Of a stretch of 64,000 nt of DNA, positions 46,800-60,604 are shown piece by piece. A program made the translations under genes and the position numbers. Positions within the stretch are counted from its first letter, which is position 1, and every line of letters begins with the position of its first letter. The stretch covers positions 10,354,001-10,418,000 of the forward strand of contig NC_045138.2 in NCBI RefSeq assembly GCF_008831285.2, written 5' to 3'. The notes below the pieces were generated by a model. It made no database searches, had not been told where the DNA came from, and saw only the letters and a program-made list of their open reading frames with translations. Origin of the DNA: Nymphaea colorata. Lineage: Eukaryota.

Positions 46800-49700
46800 G
46801 GGAGTTTTATTTCGTCAATACTTGAACTTTGTGCATAACTCCACGCTCATTAGCATAGCTATCTCAAATTAAATCCTCAAAATAAAGATGGAAGCTCACA
46901 AATGTATTCTAACTGAATACTTAATTTGAGTAAAAAGAATTAAAAAACATCATCCTTTAGTCTCCCTTTTACAATTAGTTCACATATTCTAAGTATGCAA
47001 ACAAGAAATTGAAAATATGAAAGTTTTTTAAGATTATATATGGTCAGAAGGTGGCATAAATATAAATTGTTGAATATTGCAAACAAAACCTCAACACTAC
47101 TTGTGATCTACAAGATTTTCCACTTAGCTTATTCCATTTACAAAATTAAATATATACACAAATGCAATCTGTGAATTTCATAAAGATGTTTAGGATTTTC
47201 ATCGACCACTCCTGGGGACTAATACTTGAATTGTTGAGTCACTTAGAATTGAAAATGAATTACTTGAAATCAAAACCCTTAATTGTAAGTAATTATGATT
47301 GTGAAGCTATTTTTTCAGATAAAACTTGAAAGCTAATTGAGGGTATAAATGGAATTTCACAAAATTTAAGGGCAAAAATGCATTTTTAACTAGCTATACA
47401 TTGGGCCATAGTTGAAAAGGTTGCGGGTAAAAGTGTACCTTGATTTATAAGTTAAAAATAAATATAAACTTACTGAGTAAATTTGAAAGAAAAACTATTA
47501 AGATATAATGAATGAATATGAAAATCACTAGAATTGAGGATGTTATTAGGAAATCAACTAAATTAATATAAAATGTGGCTTAATAGAATGGTTTGAGAAG
47601 TATAGTTTTGAACATTTAAAAACAAAAACTCATATATGTTAAAGGTGGGCTGCGACACCTAATGAGTTAAATAAAAAAAAAATCAAGAATAAGAATTATG
47701 AATTAGGTTAAAATAAGGATGAAAGAAAATGCAAAAGTAGGGATCTAAATGGCGGTCAAGTTTTGAGGAAACAGTGCAAGTATTTTGAGAGAGACGAGGA
47801 GGGAGCCTAGAGGATGAAGAACAAAGGAATAAAATGGCAAACGAGGAAATGTGGGCTGCAAGATTGGCTTTTCCCCTTTAAAAAAATTTGAGGTTTCTTT
47901 CAATAGGGTCTATTTTCTTCACCGTATTTGTTCACCCCAAATTGGATTAACATAGGTTTAGAGGCTGTTAGTGTTTCCATCTCATGGTGGTGAATAGTCG
48001 CATGACTGTGGGTCTTTTTTTGATGTTCCTTCATTTTCTTGAGTGATTAGCTGCTGTTTGCAATTCTGTTGTGCAGTATTTTCAGTAGGAGTGCCCAACT
48101 CTCTGCCTGACTGACGTCACTCTTTTATCTTCTCGTGTAGATTAATTTGTTGTTGTAAGTAAACCCTTTTATTATTTCTTTTCTCTAATAACTGAATGGA
48201 ATTAAGTAGGAAGAAGAAACATGTTCTGGATTTTTGGCATGAGAATCGGTTGGGAAGGTTGCACACCTTCCCAAATACCAAACTTCATTCCTTGTACTCA
48301 TTATATTAGAGGATTTTACCTAGTTCAATGAAGTTTTCCTAAGGGGATGCGGTTGGACATATAAGGTTTAGATTAACACAATCCTATGATTAACATAATC
48401 CTATCTATGGATCATGTAGGTTAGATATAAAATTGAGCTGTAAAAATCCTGTAAAACATAGGTTACTTCTCGAGTGATGGACCTCAGGTTGATGCATAAT
48501 AAGTATTTTATATTACGATTAGAGAAATATATTGTCCTCATCTTTGTTTTAGTCAGCCGATTTGCTAGTTAAGTTGATCTTGTAAATTTAAATGTATAGC
48601 TGGAATAAGTTGGTGCATGGGTCATTGGCACCCATGAGCAACCAAACAAAACGTACACACACACACACACACATACACATATATATATATCATATGTTGG
48701 TGTTGGTTTACCATGATTAATATATTACTCAAATGATTACAGATTCGTTCTAAATGACTTATCATACTAAATGATTGAATGGATGGCGGGCTGTGGGTGG
48801 ACAAATGTTTCTCGATTGATTGTGTGTGATGAAACCCTCACTTCATGTTGTTAATACAATAAAGTGTATGCTAAAGGTGAGCCCAGTACTGATGTACATT
48901 GGGTGACCAGAAATTATGAAAATGGTAGATGAAGTTTAATACATGTTAAAAGCATGACAAGTACTTATTTATGTTCTTCTCGTTTAAGTTGTTGAATATA
49001 GCATATTTTGGGCATGTTGATGTTGTAATATTTCATTGGAAATTACTACAGCAGCAGAGTAACATCAAAACTAATGAATGACATGAATAAATAATTAGAA
49101 ACTAGGTCTTGTGACTAAGCCTTGCAGGATTTCAGGAATTTGATTATGCTCATGTGAGTCATATTTATATTTGGTTAGCTTGAGCTTGTTTATTGAGTCT
49201 GGGACATGATACATATACTATTTTCATACATACTGCATCTTATGAGTCATAATTGTATATGAACTCAACTAAATTAATCAAATTGGGACAACCTACTGAG
49301 TATAGTTGCATACTCATGACTTTAAATCTCTTACTTTTCAAGTGGTCCCAGTGCATCCTAAATGATGGCGAGGCTTGATATCCCAGTCCAGATATGTGAT
49401 GCACACACTCATGCACAATTATAATTTTTGGTTATGTTTTAGTTTGCTATTGTGAATAAATGTTTATGGCACAAAGACTGGTGAAGTGGAACTTGGGCCT
49501 ACAGTGTAAACATTAAAAGTTTACTTTAATTTTGAAAGCATGTGATATTTTGTTATGCACTCTAAAACTCTAATACAAGACTCTTAGAGCCATTATTTGC
49601 TTAAGATAGGTCAAGCCATGTGCTAATTACACATGCAATTATCTGATTAGTCCTTGTGGCCTTAGTACCCATTATATAGACCCTACATCTATTTAGGACT
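46800..49700 (+). mobile_element. Old gypsy-like LTR remnant; boundaries approximate
   Basis: 47574-47970 is homologous to 63697-64000. CTACTGAGT...ACTCA...TTTTCA motif near 49280-49340 resembles the one in the LTR at 50240-50290. Confidence 0.35.
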
Positions 49701-49989
49701 GATTGCACTATACATTAACTATGTAAGCCTTGTAGATTTGACTTAAGTTGCACATGATCAGTGCGCTGAACGTATAGTTATTGGTTGCCACTAGGGACTT
49801 TGCTATCTTCTTCCCCTTCAATTCCCTTCACCATAGTTCTTCTTTTTCAATTCATTCCATCTAGTGGCTCATGCTTTGCTCGCTCTCTCTGCTTCCTCTC
49901 TTTCTCTTACCCTTGTCATCCCTACTCCATTAGATACCTGGCTCACCATTGTACCGAGATCATCTGCTAGGAAAGAGAGAACCAGTCAC

Positions 49990-51625
49990 CCCCTACTTTA
50001 GAAGATGAGGAGAAAAAAGTAATTTTCTAGCACAATTCAAAATCTAACAGTCACTAGGATAAAATTTTGAATTACAAAATTGATAAAAATAATATGAATC
50101 AATGTAACAGCTACCTTCTACATGATATATAACACATAAGCTATAATATGAATCTAACTTCTACCCATCACATTGAGAACCCAGAGAGTGAAATGAAATT
50201 ATGCTTAGCCGCCTGCTTACAATTAATATCTTGTTCAACTGAAAAAGAGAAAGTTCAAAACATGAATCCTACTGACTCAGTGAGCATGTCACTAGAGATT
50301 GATAATAATTGAAAACAAATACAAACAGCAACCATCAAGAGATATCTTAACATATGCAACTTTCAAGTATAATGAACTTTTCATGTCACTGTCTTGCTTA
50401 AGTTCTCTCTATCGCCTCAAGAGACACTTTCTATCCACTTGAGGTCCCACTCTTGAAAGACTTGCTCCTTCATGGAATCTTGCAATTAGTGACCTTTTTT
50501 TTAAAAAAAAAAATAGAGGACTTGCTCCTCGCCCCTTGTGGGCTATTCTCGGTCACCACCCTTAGGCTGCCTTTCTGTCCAGTCATGATAGAGGCTTGCT
50601 AAAAAGTTTTATTAACACCTTCATAACTAGACTTTTAAATATTGTTGTGCTAACAATTAATTGCATATTAAAACATAACCATCAATGCTATAGCAGTTTA
50701 AACAAACCAGCACACATGTTTTAAAGAAATTATACTAAAATCTGCTCACCAAACAAAAAAACACTATTTAATATGTTTCTTGGTCACGTCCTTGTGTACA
50801 TTTTGATAATCCAATCCACCTAAACAAATAGATAATAGAGGCAATTAACATTCTTCATGAAAGATCTTCACCTATGTCTCTTACATGACCTGCAGTCTCA
50901 CCAACCATAGCCCATCAAACATGTTGCCCAAACAAGAACAACGCACACACAAGATTTGGAAAACCCCCTTCTTGTCCTCAATTAATCTTAATTAGGACCT
51001 AACAAGAACTCATACAGTTGTATCCCTATTGAAGAATAACACAAAACTGGATTTTCTCTCTTTTCCCAACATTCTACACTCAATACTTCATTCTCAACTG
51101 CCTGTACTTCATTTTCGACCACCCATATCTGAATTTTTACTTGTATGTCCCTTTTGGCACTCTATAGATATGAAATATCAGTCCTATCATAAATCACATT
51201 CTATGACTAACAAGAATCAGATTCCTCTATTAGAATTTAACAAGCAGACATCCAAACCTTGAATCTATACATGAACCAAAAATTGAAATTTGGATTACCT
51301 TACCTTCTCTACTGTTCTTCTCTTTCTCAATCTCTCATCTACCCTTTCTCCCTCGTCTGTTCTCTCATTCTCCCTCTTTCTATTCTCCCTTTTCTCGTTA
51401 TTCCTCTCTTGTTCTCTCCCTATCTCTCTGTCTTGCTCTCCCATGCTATCAAACCTTCTCTCGTTTTTTTGTAAGAAACAAGGGAGGCATAGCTCGTGCT
51501 ATAAAACCCTCCCCTCTTAGCGTTATACAAAATCAACCCACAAAGAAAGATAATTTTTCAAAATCACTCATTTTTAGTTTAGAAATTTTCTAAATAGCTT
51601 CTTTTTAATACGTACATGTGCAACA
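49990..51625 (-). mobile_element. 3' LTR of the chromoviral gypsy; left end uncertain
   Basis: The minus strand reads AATTTCGAGGATAAAATTTCTTGTAGGGGGGAAGAAT-TGTTGCA, a Tekay/Del-type PPT followed by the LTR start at 51625. Confidence 0.6.
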
Positions 51626-51669
51626 ATTCTTCCCCCCTACAAGAAATTTTATCCTCGAAATTTAACTTA

Positions 51670-53436
51670 CCTCTTGAGAAACAAATACAGGTATTTAGGT
51701 CTCATCTCATCTTCTTGTTCCCAAGTGGCATCTTGTTCTGACATGTTGGACCATTGTACTTTTACAAATGAAACAATTTCTTTTTAAATTATGGAATCTT
51801 TCTATTCTATAATGCTTATCAGGTTTACTGCATATGTCAAATCCTCATTTAATTGTATTGGTTGTTCCTTAAACACATGTGAATGTTCATGAACATATTT
51901 TTTCAACATCGATATATGAAACATATCATGAATTCTACTAAGTTTGGTACACAACTGTAATCGATAGGCAACATCTCCAATTCTCTTTAAAAATTCATAT
52001 GGTCCAATATATTGTGGATTGAGTTTAGCACCCTGCCCAAATCTAGCTACTCCTTTCCAAGGTGACACCTTGAGAAAAACTTTGTCTCCCACTTCAAAGT
52101 GAAGGTCTCTGCATCGATTATCCGCAGAGTTCTTTGTTCGGTCCTGAGCTGCCTTCATATTTTGCTTGATTAGCTTGACTTTATCTATAGTTATCTTTAC
52201 TAGTTTTGGCCTTAAGAGATTCCGTTCACTTACTTCATCCCAACATACTGGTGTCTGACCTTTTCTACCATAAAGTGCCTTATAAGGTGTCAACCCAACA
52301 TTAGACTGGAAATTATTGTTGTATGCAGATTCTACCAGAGGTTGGTCTACATCCCATGAACTTTGAAACTCTAATACATAGGCACGTAATGTATCCTCTA
52401 GTGTCTGAATTGTTCTTTCTGTTTGCCTATCTGTTTGTGGATGGAATGTTGTACTAAACCTCAATCTAGTTCTTATGGCTGCATGCAAGCAAGGCTAAAA
52501 TTCATAAGTGAAGCAAGGATCTTTATCAGACACTATCGCTGTTGGGGTACCATGCAATCCATAAATTTCAAATACAAACAATTGTTTTAACCTGTTAATA
52601 GTGGCTTTCCTTTTAATGGCTAACAGGTGGGCCGATTTGGTAAGCCGGTATACAATCACCCAAATAGCAGCATTTTCATTTTAGGAACGTGGTAAACTAA
52701 TGATAAAGTCTATAGTAATAATATATTCCCACTTCCACTTTGGTATAAGGAGGTTTTGCAACAATACAACAGACCTTTGGTCTTCTACTTTAATCATCTG
52801 ACATGTCAAGTAATTCAAAACATATTATGCTATCTCTCTTTTCATACCAGACCACCAATAACTATCTTTAAGATTTTGATACATCTTCATACTGCCTGGG
52901 GTGCATACTGGGAGGTATGTGCTTCTCCATAATCACTAGATTAAGTTCTGTGTCATTGGGTACACACAGTCTAGTTTCAAGCATTAACATATTATTTTCC
53001 ATTAACTTAAACTCATGTTTTTCTCCTCTTTTTATTGATGGAACTATCTTATGCAAATTCTCATCAAGGGATTGTCATTCCTTTATTTGTTCATAAAGAA
53101 TAGGTTAACCCTGTATGCACATAAGATTCCCATGCTAGTTATTTGCAAGTCGGTCCTTAAAGCTCACATCCCAAAAGGAGTGGAAGTTATGTCGCCTTTA
53201 TATAAGAAATAGTACCTGAATTCTTCTAACTCAAAGCAGCTGCCACCTAGTTAACCTTACCAAGGTGATAGTCAATAGTGCAATCATAATCTTTAATCAA
53301 TTCTAACCAACTTCTTTGTCTTGTGTTCAACTCTTTTTTACTAATTAAATACTTTAAATTTTTATGAACAATGTATACCTGACACTTTTTGCCAAACAAG
53401 TGAAGTCTTCAAACCTTAAAATGAAGATTACAGCTA
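51670..53436 (-). pseudogene. Ty3/gypsy chromovirus RNase H-integrase-chromodomain, decayed
   Basis: [82 protein letters not shown]. Confidence 0.9.
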
Positions 53437-54299
53437 TATTTGCATCTCCAAAATTTATTTTGATTTCTCGAGTGCTCCATAATAAATGAACTTTTATTTT
53501 GAAATGAGAGAGAAAGGGCCTCGCCCGTCGGTATGAGGATTAACTGTTCTCGGCAGATTTATCGAACGTAACCAATCCAAGGGCTATGTTTATTCTTGAT
53601 GCATTTCATTTTTGCTTAAACATCTTTTCATCTAAATGTGGTACAATGTTTGAGGAAATATTGAAAATTTGATGTTTTAAAATTTTAGGCAAGTTTTAAG
53701 AATCATTTGAGAGTGTAAAACATTTTGCTTTGAAAAATTTTGAATTGAAAAATCTTTACAAATATCATTTGGAGACATTTGAAGATCACTTTTGAAGTCA
53801 CTTTAGTGTTCTCTTAAGACTTTATGTAGGTTCGAGATTTTTCTCTAATTCAATTACTACCTAGTAAGAGCTTCATCTCATCTTGTTCAAGTTCTTTTAA
53901 AGAGGTGCTTTTAATCATTTGTAATGTTAAGTGAATGTATGAATGCATTGATCCTACATGATTATAAAAAAAATAATTCATTTATACCATAACAATCATC
54001 TAAAAGTATTTCTACCATCACATACATCTATGTTTCTGATTTTTATTTATAAAATTGTCATAAGTATTTTTATGAAAAGAGAAAAGTTTTTGAAAATGAA
54101 ATGAAGTTGTAGACCATCAAGCGTGATTCCAATATTGTGTCATTATCTGAGTTTTAGTCTTGGTTAAGTTGAAAAGAAATTAAAACATTAGATTATGGGA
54201 GAAAAATATTCATAAGAATGAAAAAGAGGAAAGACTTCAATATGAGAGGATTAGAGAGAGAGAGATTTTGAAAATCATAAAAATGAAAGATTTGAAAGA

Positions 54300-54345
<46 letters not shown>

Positions 54346-54431
54346 CTTGTGAAAAGAAAGTATTAACTCAAATGAAAAGGGAAAAGAAGATCTTAGAAAG
54401 AGAGAGAGAGAGATTTTAGAGGGAAAGAGAC

Positions 54432-54493
<62 letters not shown>

Positions 54494-56698
54494 GAAATTT
54501 GTAAAAAAAACATTTAACTTGAAGAGAGAAATAAAAGATTCTAGAGAGGGAAAATGGAACACACTAATATACTCATTCATATGTATATAAAAATGCGTAA
54601 AAGGAAATATTGAATCATAGAGAGAGAAAGACAAAGAGAGATAATCATGTCCATGTGCACGTATATAATACGTATATATGTATATGTCTTCATGAAAGTT
54701 GAAATCAAAAAATAATTAAAAAACATCCGATTTCGATTTTTATATAATGTAGAAAGGAACTTAGACTCATGCAAGAGCCTAGGCTAAGTATCCAAAGCCT
54801 TATTAAAGAGGATTCTTGCTTTTGAAAATCTTTTAGAAAACATGATTCCAAATATTTTATACATGAACATAAAATCATAATTATTTTGTTTTGTTACAAG
54901 AGAATATATTTCTCTTTTACCGTTGGGTATGGAAGAAAATCAAGCAACGTAATAAAGCACTCATTGGGTTTCCTAATTGGGTGATTAAAAGAGAAACTAA
55001 ACATGAAAATGACATGAAGAAGCATTTTAACATATACATATTCATGAAAAGTTTTTCAGGGTTGGACAAATCCTAACCTCAAAGTTCAACATCACAATGA
55101 TGAAAAATCCCCAACCAAACCCTCATTGTCCTCGTGCACTTAAGGAAAATTCATCTACCACACATAGACGTCATCTCAAGCATAAACTATGAAGCAAGCA
55201 ACATAACAAACATATTTTTGAAAATAAATAAAAAAATAAAATTTATTTCCCCTTGCTCATACTCCCAGTCCAGTCAAGAATAGCTTTCAACTTCGGATAG
55301 GAAATCTTTAGAGCTTTCTTGCATGGTCATGGGGAAGTGGCAAGAGAAAATGAAAATAAAAAATGAAAGTAAGAGAACGACTACATACATCTAATATAGA
55401 TGATTTTATGAATGGGTCTCTTTCTTCATATGATCCTATAGTTGCCTTGGGTGAAGCTCCAAGATGATAAAGATATGTCTCCAAGAGATCTTTTTGTGCT
55501 CTCTTGAAGAGTTGGAACTTGAAGAAGCTTGCTCCCACGGTTGGAGAAGAAGAGGAAGAAAAGAAGAGATAAATGAATAAAGAGCTAAGGAAAACTCTAG
55601 ATTTTCAAGTGAAAAAGCACTAGACATTCCTCAAGGGTTAGCTCATTACGGAGAGAGAAGATTGTGCAGATTTTTATGGAGACTTTTGGAGCCAAACATA
55701 AAATTTGATTTTTTTTTTTTTAGTTTAACAAGATTTTTCTGAGAATTTGAAGTATTTTCGAATGATTTCAATTTTTTTTAAATAAGTTTTGACTAAGTAG
55801 GATTGACCATTAGCCTTGCAAATACCCCTTTAAGGTATAGGCAGGGCTAATGCCACCCCACAGAGCTAGGGGGTGGTTTTTAGCATCAAAATGGGGCCTG
55901 CGTAGTGCCTAGGCCCCGGCTTAGGCATTGTCACGCGCCAGGTGAGTGCCTGGTGCGTTGGCGAGCGGTGCGCGACACTATCATGCACTATCACGTGCGC
56001 AACTGTATGCCATGCGCTTGCATGTTGGTTTATCGCGCAACACGCGACGGTTCGTCACACCACACACATCTTTATTATTGTTTAAATAAAATAAAATAAA
56101 ACCAAACAAAATGAAATGAAATGAAAAAAGGGGCTGTCCATATAAATAGTATAGAACTATTTAAAAAAAATGTGTATAAAAATGTTTTTTCTTACAAATT
56201 GGTGGGGGAGGATTCCGTTTTGACGGACTCCGGGCTCGTTTTAAATCTAGATTGAGTTCAATTGGTCACCGATGCGTTCTAATAACTGATTTAGACTCAA
56301 AAATACAACTTGGTGCGAGAACAGAATATAAAACAAAGGGAATGTCTGTCCATGCACTCACGACACTCATAACATCAAATTTTGTTGTCTTGATCTTGAC
56401 TTTGGATTTTGAGTTTGAAATTCTTGATTTAGATCTAAACTTGGGTTTTAGATATAATTTGGAGCCAAGAGTTAGATTTTGGATTTGAATATGTTGTCTA
56501 AAGTTGGGTTTTGAATTTGAATATGTTGTCTAAAGTTGGGTTTTGAATTTGAATTTTGTGTTTGGGTTCAAACAAAGACTTAGAGATTTATTTTGGGTAG
56601 AATAGTTTTAAATTTGTTTTGGGTCTAGGATTTGGCTTAGGGTCTAGAAATTTAAATCCAAATAGCTAAGAATTTCGTTTGGGTAAGGGGTGATAGCA
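53437..56698. mobile_element. Large solo LTR (~3.26 kb, Ogre/Tat-like) inserted in the gypsy RNase H
   Basis: Splits the ELA-AVIF motif. Termini TATTTGCATC (probably mutated TG) ...GGGGTGATAGCA. TSD AGCTA/AGCTG. Lineage is a guess from length and termini. Confidence 0.65.
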
Positions 56699-56703
56699 AG
56701 CTG

Positions 56704-58200
56704 CCAATTCTTAATCATGTATAGGATAATTTTCTTCGTGCCTTTTTAGTTGTCGGGATGCAATAGGCAATCATCTTATCTTTTTGCATTAAAATACAAC
56801 CTAACCCCTTCTGAAAAGCATCACTGTATATGACAAACCTAACTCCTTCAGGCAAAGCAAGTACTGAGGCAGATGTAAGTTTTTGTTTAGCTCTTCAAAA
56901 CTTTTCTCACAAACTGAATCTCACTCAAACTCAACATTCTTTCTGGTTAACCGAGTTAAAGGAGAGGCAATGACAAAAAAGTCTTTTACAAACATTCTAT
57001 AATATCCAATTAAGCCCAAGAAGCTACAAATTTCTATAGGAGAAGTGGGTCTCTCCCAATTAAGAACTACCTATACCTTCAATAGATCTACACATATGCA
57101 TTCACATGAAATAACATGCCCTAAAAAGGTAACCTTATCCAACCAAAATCCACACTAAATTTGGCATATGACTCATTTGCTCTTAGCAATGATAAGGTAA
57201 TCCTAAGATGTTCTTCATGTTCCTCTTTACTTCTTGAATAGATGAGAATTCATCGATGAAAACAATTACAAAATTGATCTAGATAGGATTTAAATACCCT
57301 AATTCATCAAGTCCATAAAGGCTATAGGGGCATTTGTCAAACCAAACAACATTACAAGAAACTCATAATGTCCATAACAAGTCTGAAAGGCAGTCTTAGG
57401 CATGTCTAACTCTTTAATCTTCAATTGTTGGCACCTAGATCTCAAATCAAATTTGGAAGCATACAAGCGCCCTTAAGTTGATCAAATAGATCATCAATGT
57501 GAGGTAAAGCATACTTGTTACGCACAATCACCTTATTCAATTGCCTATAATCAATACATAATCTCAGATTGCCATCCTTCTTCTTTACAAACGATACTGG
57601 TACCTCTCATAGTGACATGCTAGGCTGGATAGAAATTCCACCAACTTTAGCAATTGAACTTTCAACTCTTTTAACTCAGCGTGGAGTCATTTTGTAAGGA
57701 GTGATAGCAATAGGTTGAGTTCCGTGCATAAGTTCAATAACAAATTTGACCTGCAATCAGGTGGTAATCTACGTAATTTTTCAAAAAATGCATCTAAGAA
57801 CTCACAAATAATAGGAATATCTTCCATTATCTACTTAGGAAGCAAAGTATCGATCATTGATGCCAATACAATCTTACACCTCTTCATCATCATTCTCCAA
57901 GCTATATGATTAGAAATCAGAAACGTCAGCAAAATTTTGCGTTCGCCTTGAAATACTGCTTCAACATTGTTTGTAGTATAAAATTTGACTCCTTTTCTTT
58001 TACAATCTACAATGGCATGATACTTAGCTAAATAATCCATGCCTAGAATGATTTCAAATTCTTGAATTTACATGGGTATCAGGTCAGCTATGATATGAAA
58101 TCCACCCTATGAAATGGTACAACCACAACATACTATTTTGACCTCTACTACATCCCCCAATGGTGTAGATACTATTAAATGTGAATATAAAACACTCTTT
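56704..58200 (-). pseudogene. Ty3/gypsy protease-RT, decayed; upstream part of the 51670-53436 element
   Basis: [78 protein letters not shown]. Confidence 0.9.
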
Positions 58201-58224
58201 TCTGTTTTAAGGATGTGACATCAC

Positions 58225-59438
58225 TAAAAATAGACAGTTATCAGAAAAACAATGAAAAACTTAAAATAGAGATAAAATGAATAAACAGTACTTAAAACAA
58301 ACAAACCACCGGAAAATCCCAACGAAGAATGCCACATGGGATGAAAAAATTCACCATCACAAACTCAGCCACAAGCAACGACCGAAATGCGAGACAATTG
58401 GCAACCATTTTTCCATCCCACCATTAAACAACATACTAAAAGGAAAGTCGATATTTTGAACTAAACAAAATTAACGTAGAAGTAGAAGCGAAGGCTACAC
58501 AAATCAGCAAAAGAAATGCGGAATGGAGGAATTCAGAGACTATGATGAATGAGAAAAAAAGCTACACAAGAAAACCCTATTTTGTGATTCGGAAATTTCC
58601 CCTGAAGAGAGAGAGAGAGAGAGAGAGAGACTTTCTTAAAAAAGGAACTGGTCGGGATCATCTGAAAGATGATCCTAAGAAAGAAGAAGAAGAAGAATGT
58701 CACGTTTTTCGTTCCTCTCTTTCCCCTTCGAACGACTAGCGCGGGGAAGAAGAGAGAAACCGCGGGAGTAGGTTTCAATGGTGATTGATCGATGCAATGA
58801 AACACCCAAAAATTAAGGCAACATCGCCGTTAACGGAACACGGCGACTAGGATCAAGGCACATGTCGTCGAGGGGAAGACATTCGATCCGTGAAATGCCC
58901 AAGAAGAGGATGAGATCGGCGATGATGACGGTAAGTCTTTGGAAGTACACGACGGAAGGGGCGGAATAGTTGAGGCCGTGGTAAGATGAAAAACTGTTGT
59001 GTCAACAGTAAGAAGAAGACCAAGAATGTTGAAACCCTCACCATGTTAAGGAGCTTCACGAGGGAATCCTTCCAGTGGGGTCGCGGCAGCACGAAGAAGG
59101 CTATAGCAGTGAGGAACTTGAGGCAGCAGGACCTGCGGCTGCGTGAGGATGAAGAGGGCTGCAGCTGCGAGAGGCGAGTGGCATGAGGAGCTGCGGCTGC
59201 ATGAGGGAAGAATGAGGGAAGACACAGGAATTCTCGACTGTGCCCTAACAGTCCAAAAAAAAGTTCCGGAAATATATTTCCACACCTCCAGGTGGAAATA
59301 TGTTTCCGGAAACATTATTCCGGAATCGACCTGAATGGTCAAAAAAATAATTCCGCGTTTCATACGCAGGAATTTTTTTAAAAATTTGAATAATCTTTCC
59401 TGAGCTACAGTAGAATCCCTGCGTATCAAACACTACCC
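58225..59438 (-). mobile_element. PIF/Harbinger-like DNA transposon end; left boundary unknown
   Basis: The minus strand starts GGGTAGTGTTTGATAC at 59438, a Harbinger/Tourist-type TIR, followed by TTCCGGAA-rich subterminal repeats. No partner TIR or TAA TSD confirmed. Confidence 0.5.
58888..59006 (-). pseudogene. ALG8: Captured fragment of ALG8-like dolichyl-P-glucose alpha-1,3-glucosyltransferase
   Basis: Minus-strand frame not in the ORF track: VDTTVFHL/HGLNYSAPSVVYFQRLTVIIADLILFLGI. Resembles the recalled plant ALG8 segment GLDY...SVIYFQRISVIVSDL. Confidence 0.65.
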
Positions 59439-60161
59439 AAATGATACAAAAAATATTTGGATCTAGGATCAATGAGCACAGAAGCCTCCTTAACTGAAAT
59501 CACGTTAGAGAAAGTGCATGTGGTGTAGTTTATATAATCCATGCAGACAAAGATTGATTTTTAATTGAATTTAGGGCTTTCTCTAAGTGTGCTTAAAATG
59601 TTATTAAGCACAAGACTTAGAGATGCAGTCTACAAGCTTGAGGCTTGAATTAAAATCTCAAAATAATGAAAAATCATGTAAATGAAATTAAAATAAATCT
59701 TCAAACTATACGGAAGACATGAATAACATCTAATTTTATATCAAAATGGCTATAAAATCAAGTTTATATTGATTTAATGGCTGAAAATATGAAATGTCAA
59801 GTCTAAGAAAACTTGTTTCCTAGAAAATGATGGCAAAACATTGAAATTTGCAGAAATTTTCATGAGTTAAACATCTAAATCTACAAGAGAAATGTTTATC
59901 TTGAGAACATGTTCTCATTCATGTTGGGTATTCATCTTGAGCTTAGACATTAAGCTTTAGAAACTTTCTTTTCTAAAATCAAACTTGATTTCAGATTTTA
60001 TGCTAAAGGATTTGTCAATTCCTTGGACGATTTCCGTACATTTGATTTCCTTTTTTGGGAGAAATGAAAATTAGATTTTGAATATGATTTTGAAGTATTT
60101 TGAGATATTGATTAATCCCATGCAAAAATGAAAACAGCAATTCCAAAAAGTGCATTCTAGG

Positions 60162-60401
60162 ATGACGATTTAAATGAGGTTAGAATCAATATGAAGGTTC
60201 ACTTTATTTAAAATCAGCTTAGAGATGTGTTCTGACCTAACTTTAAAAGAGCAAAGTTATTTTTAATAAGAGGTTATAACTTCTTATTTATAACCTCTTA
60301 TTAAAAATAACTTTGCTCTTTTAAAGTTAGGTCAGAACACATCTCTAAGCTGATTTTAAATAAAGTGAACCTTCATATTGATTCTAACCTCATTTAAATC
60401 G

Positions 60402-60405
<4 letters not shown>
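60162..60405. repeat. Perfect inverted repeat, 118-bp arms, 8-nt loop
   Basis: 60162-60279 is the reverse complement of 60288-60405. Confidence 0.97.
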
Positions 60406-60498
<93 letters not shown>

Positions 60499-60499
60499 T
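60405..60499. repeat. (TA)n microsatellite
   Basis: Long TA run. Similar runs at ~2563, 20386, 28072, 32933, 45786, 54303 and 54436. Confidence 0.95.
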
Positions 60500-60604
60500 C
60501 CTCTCAAGATGGAATATTTGACAAGGACCACTTAGATTATGAACCACGTTGATTCATAGATGGATTTTTTTATGTAGGAAGATTGAAAACTAGTTTCTAA
60601 TATT

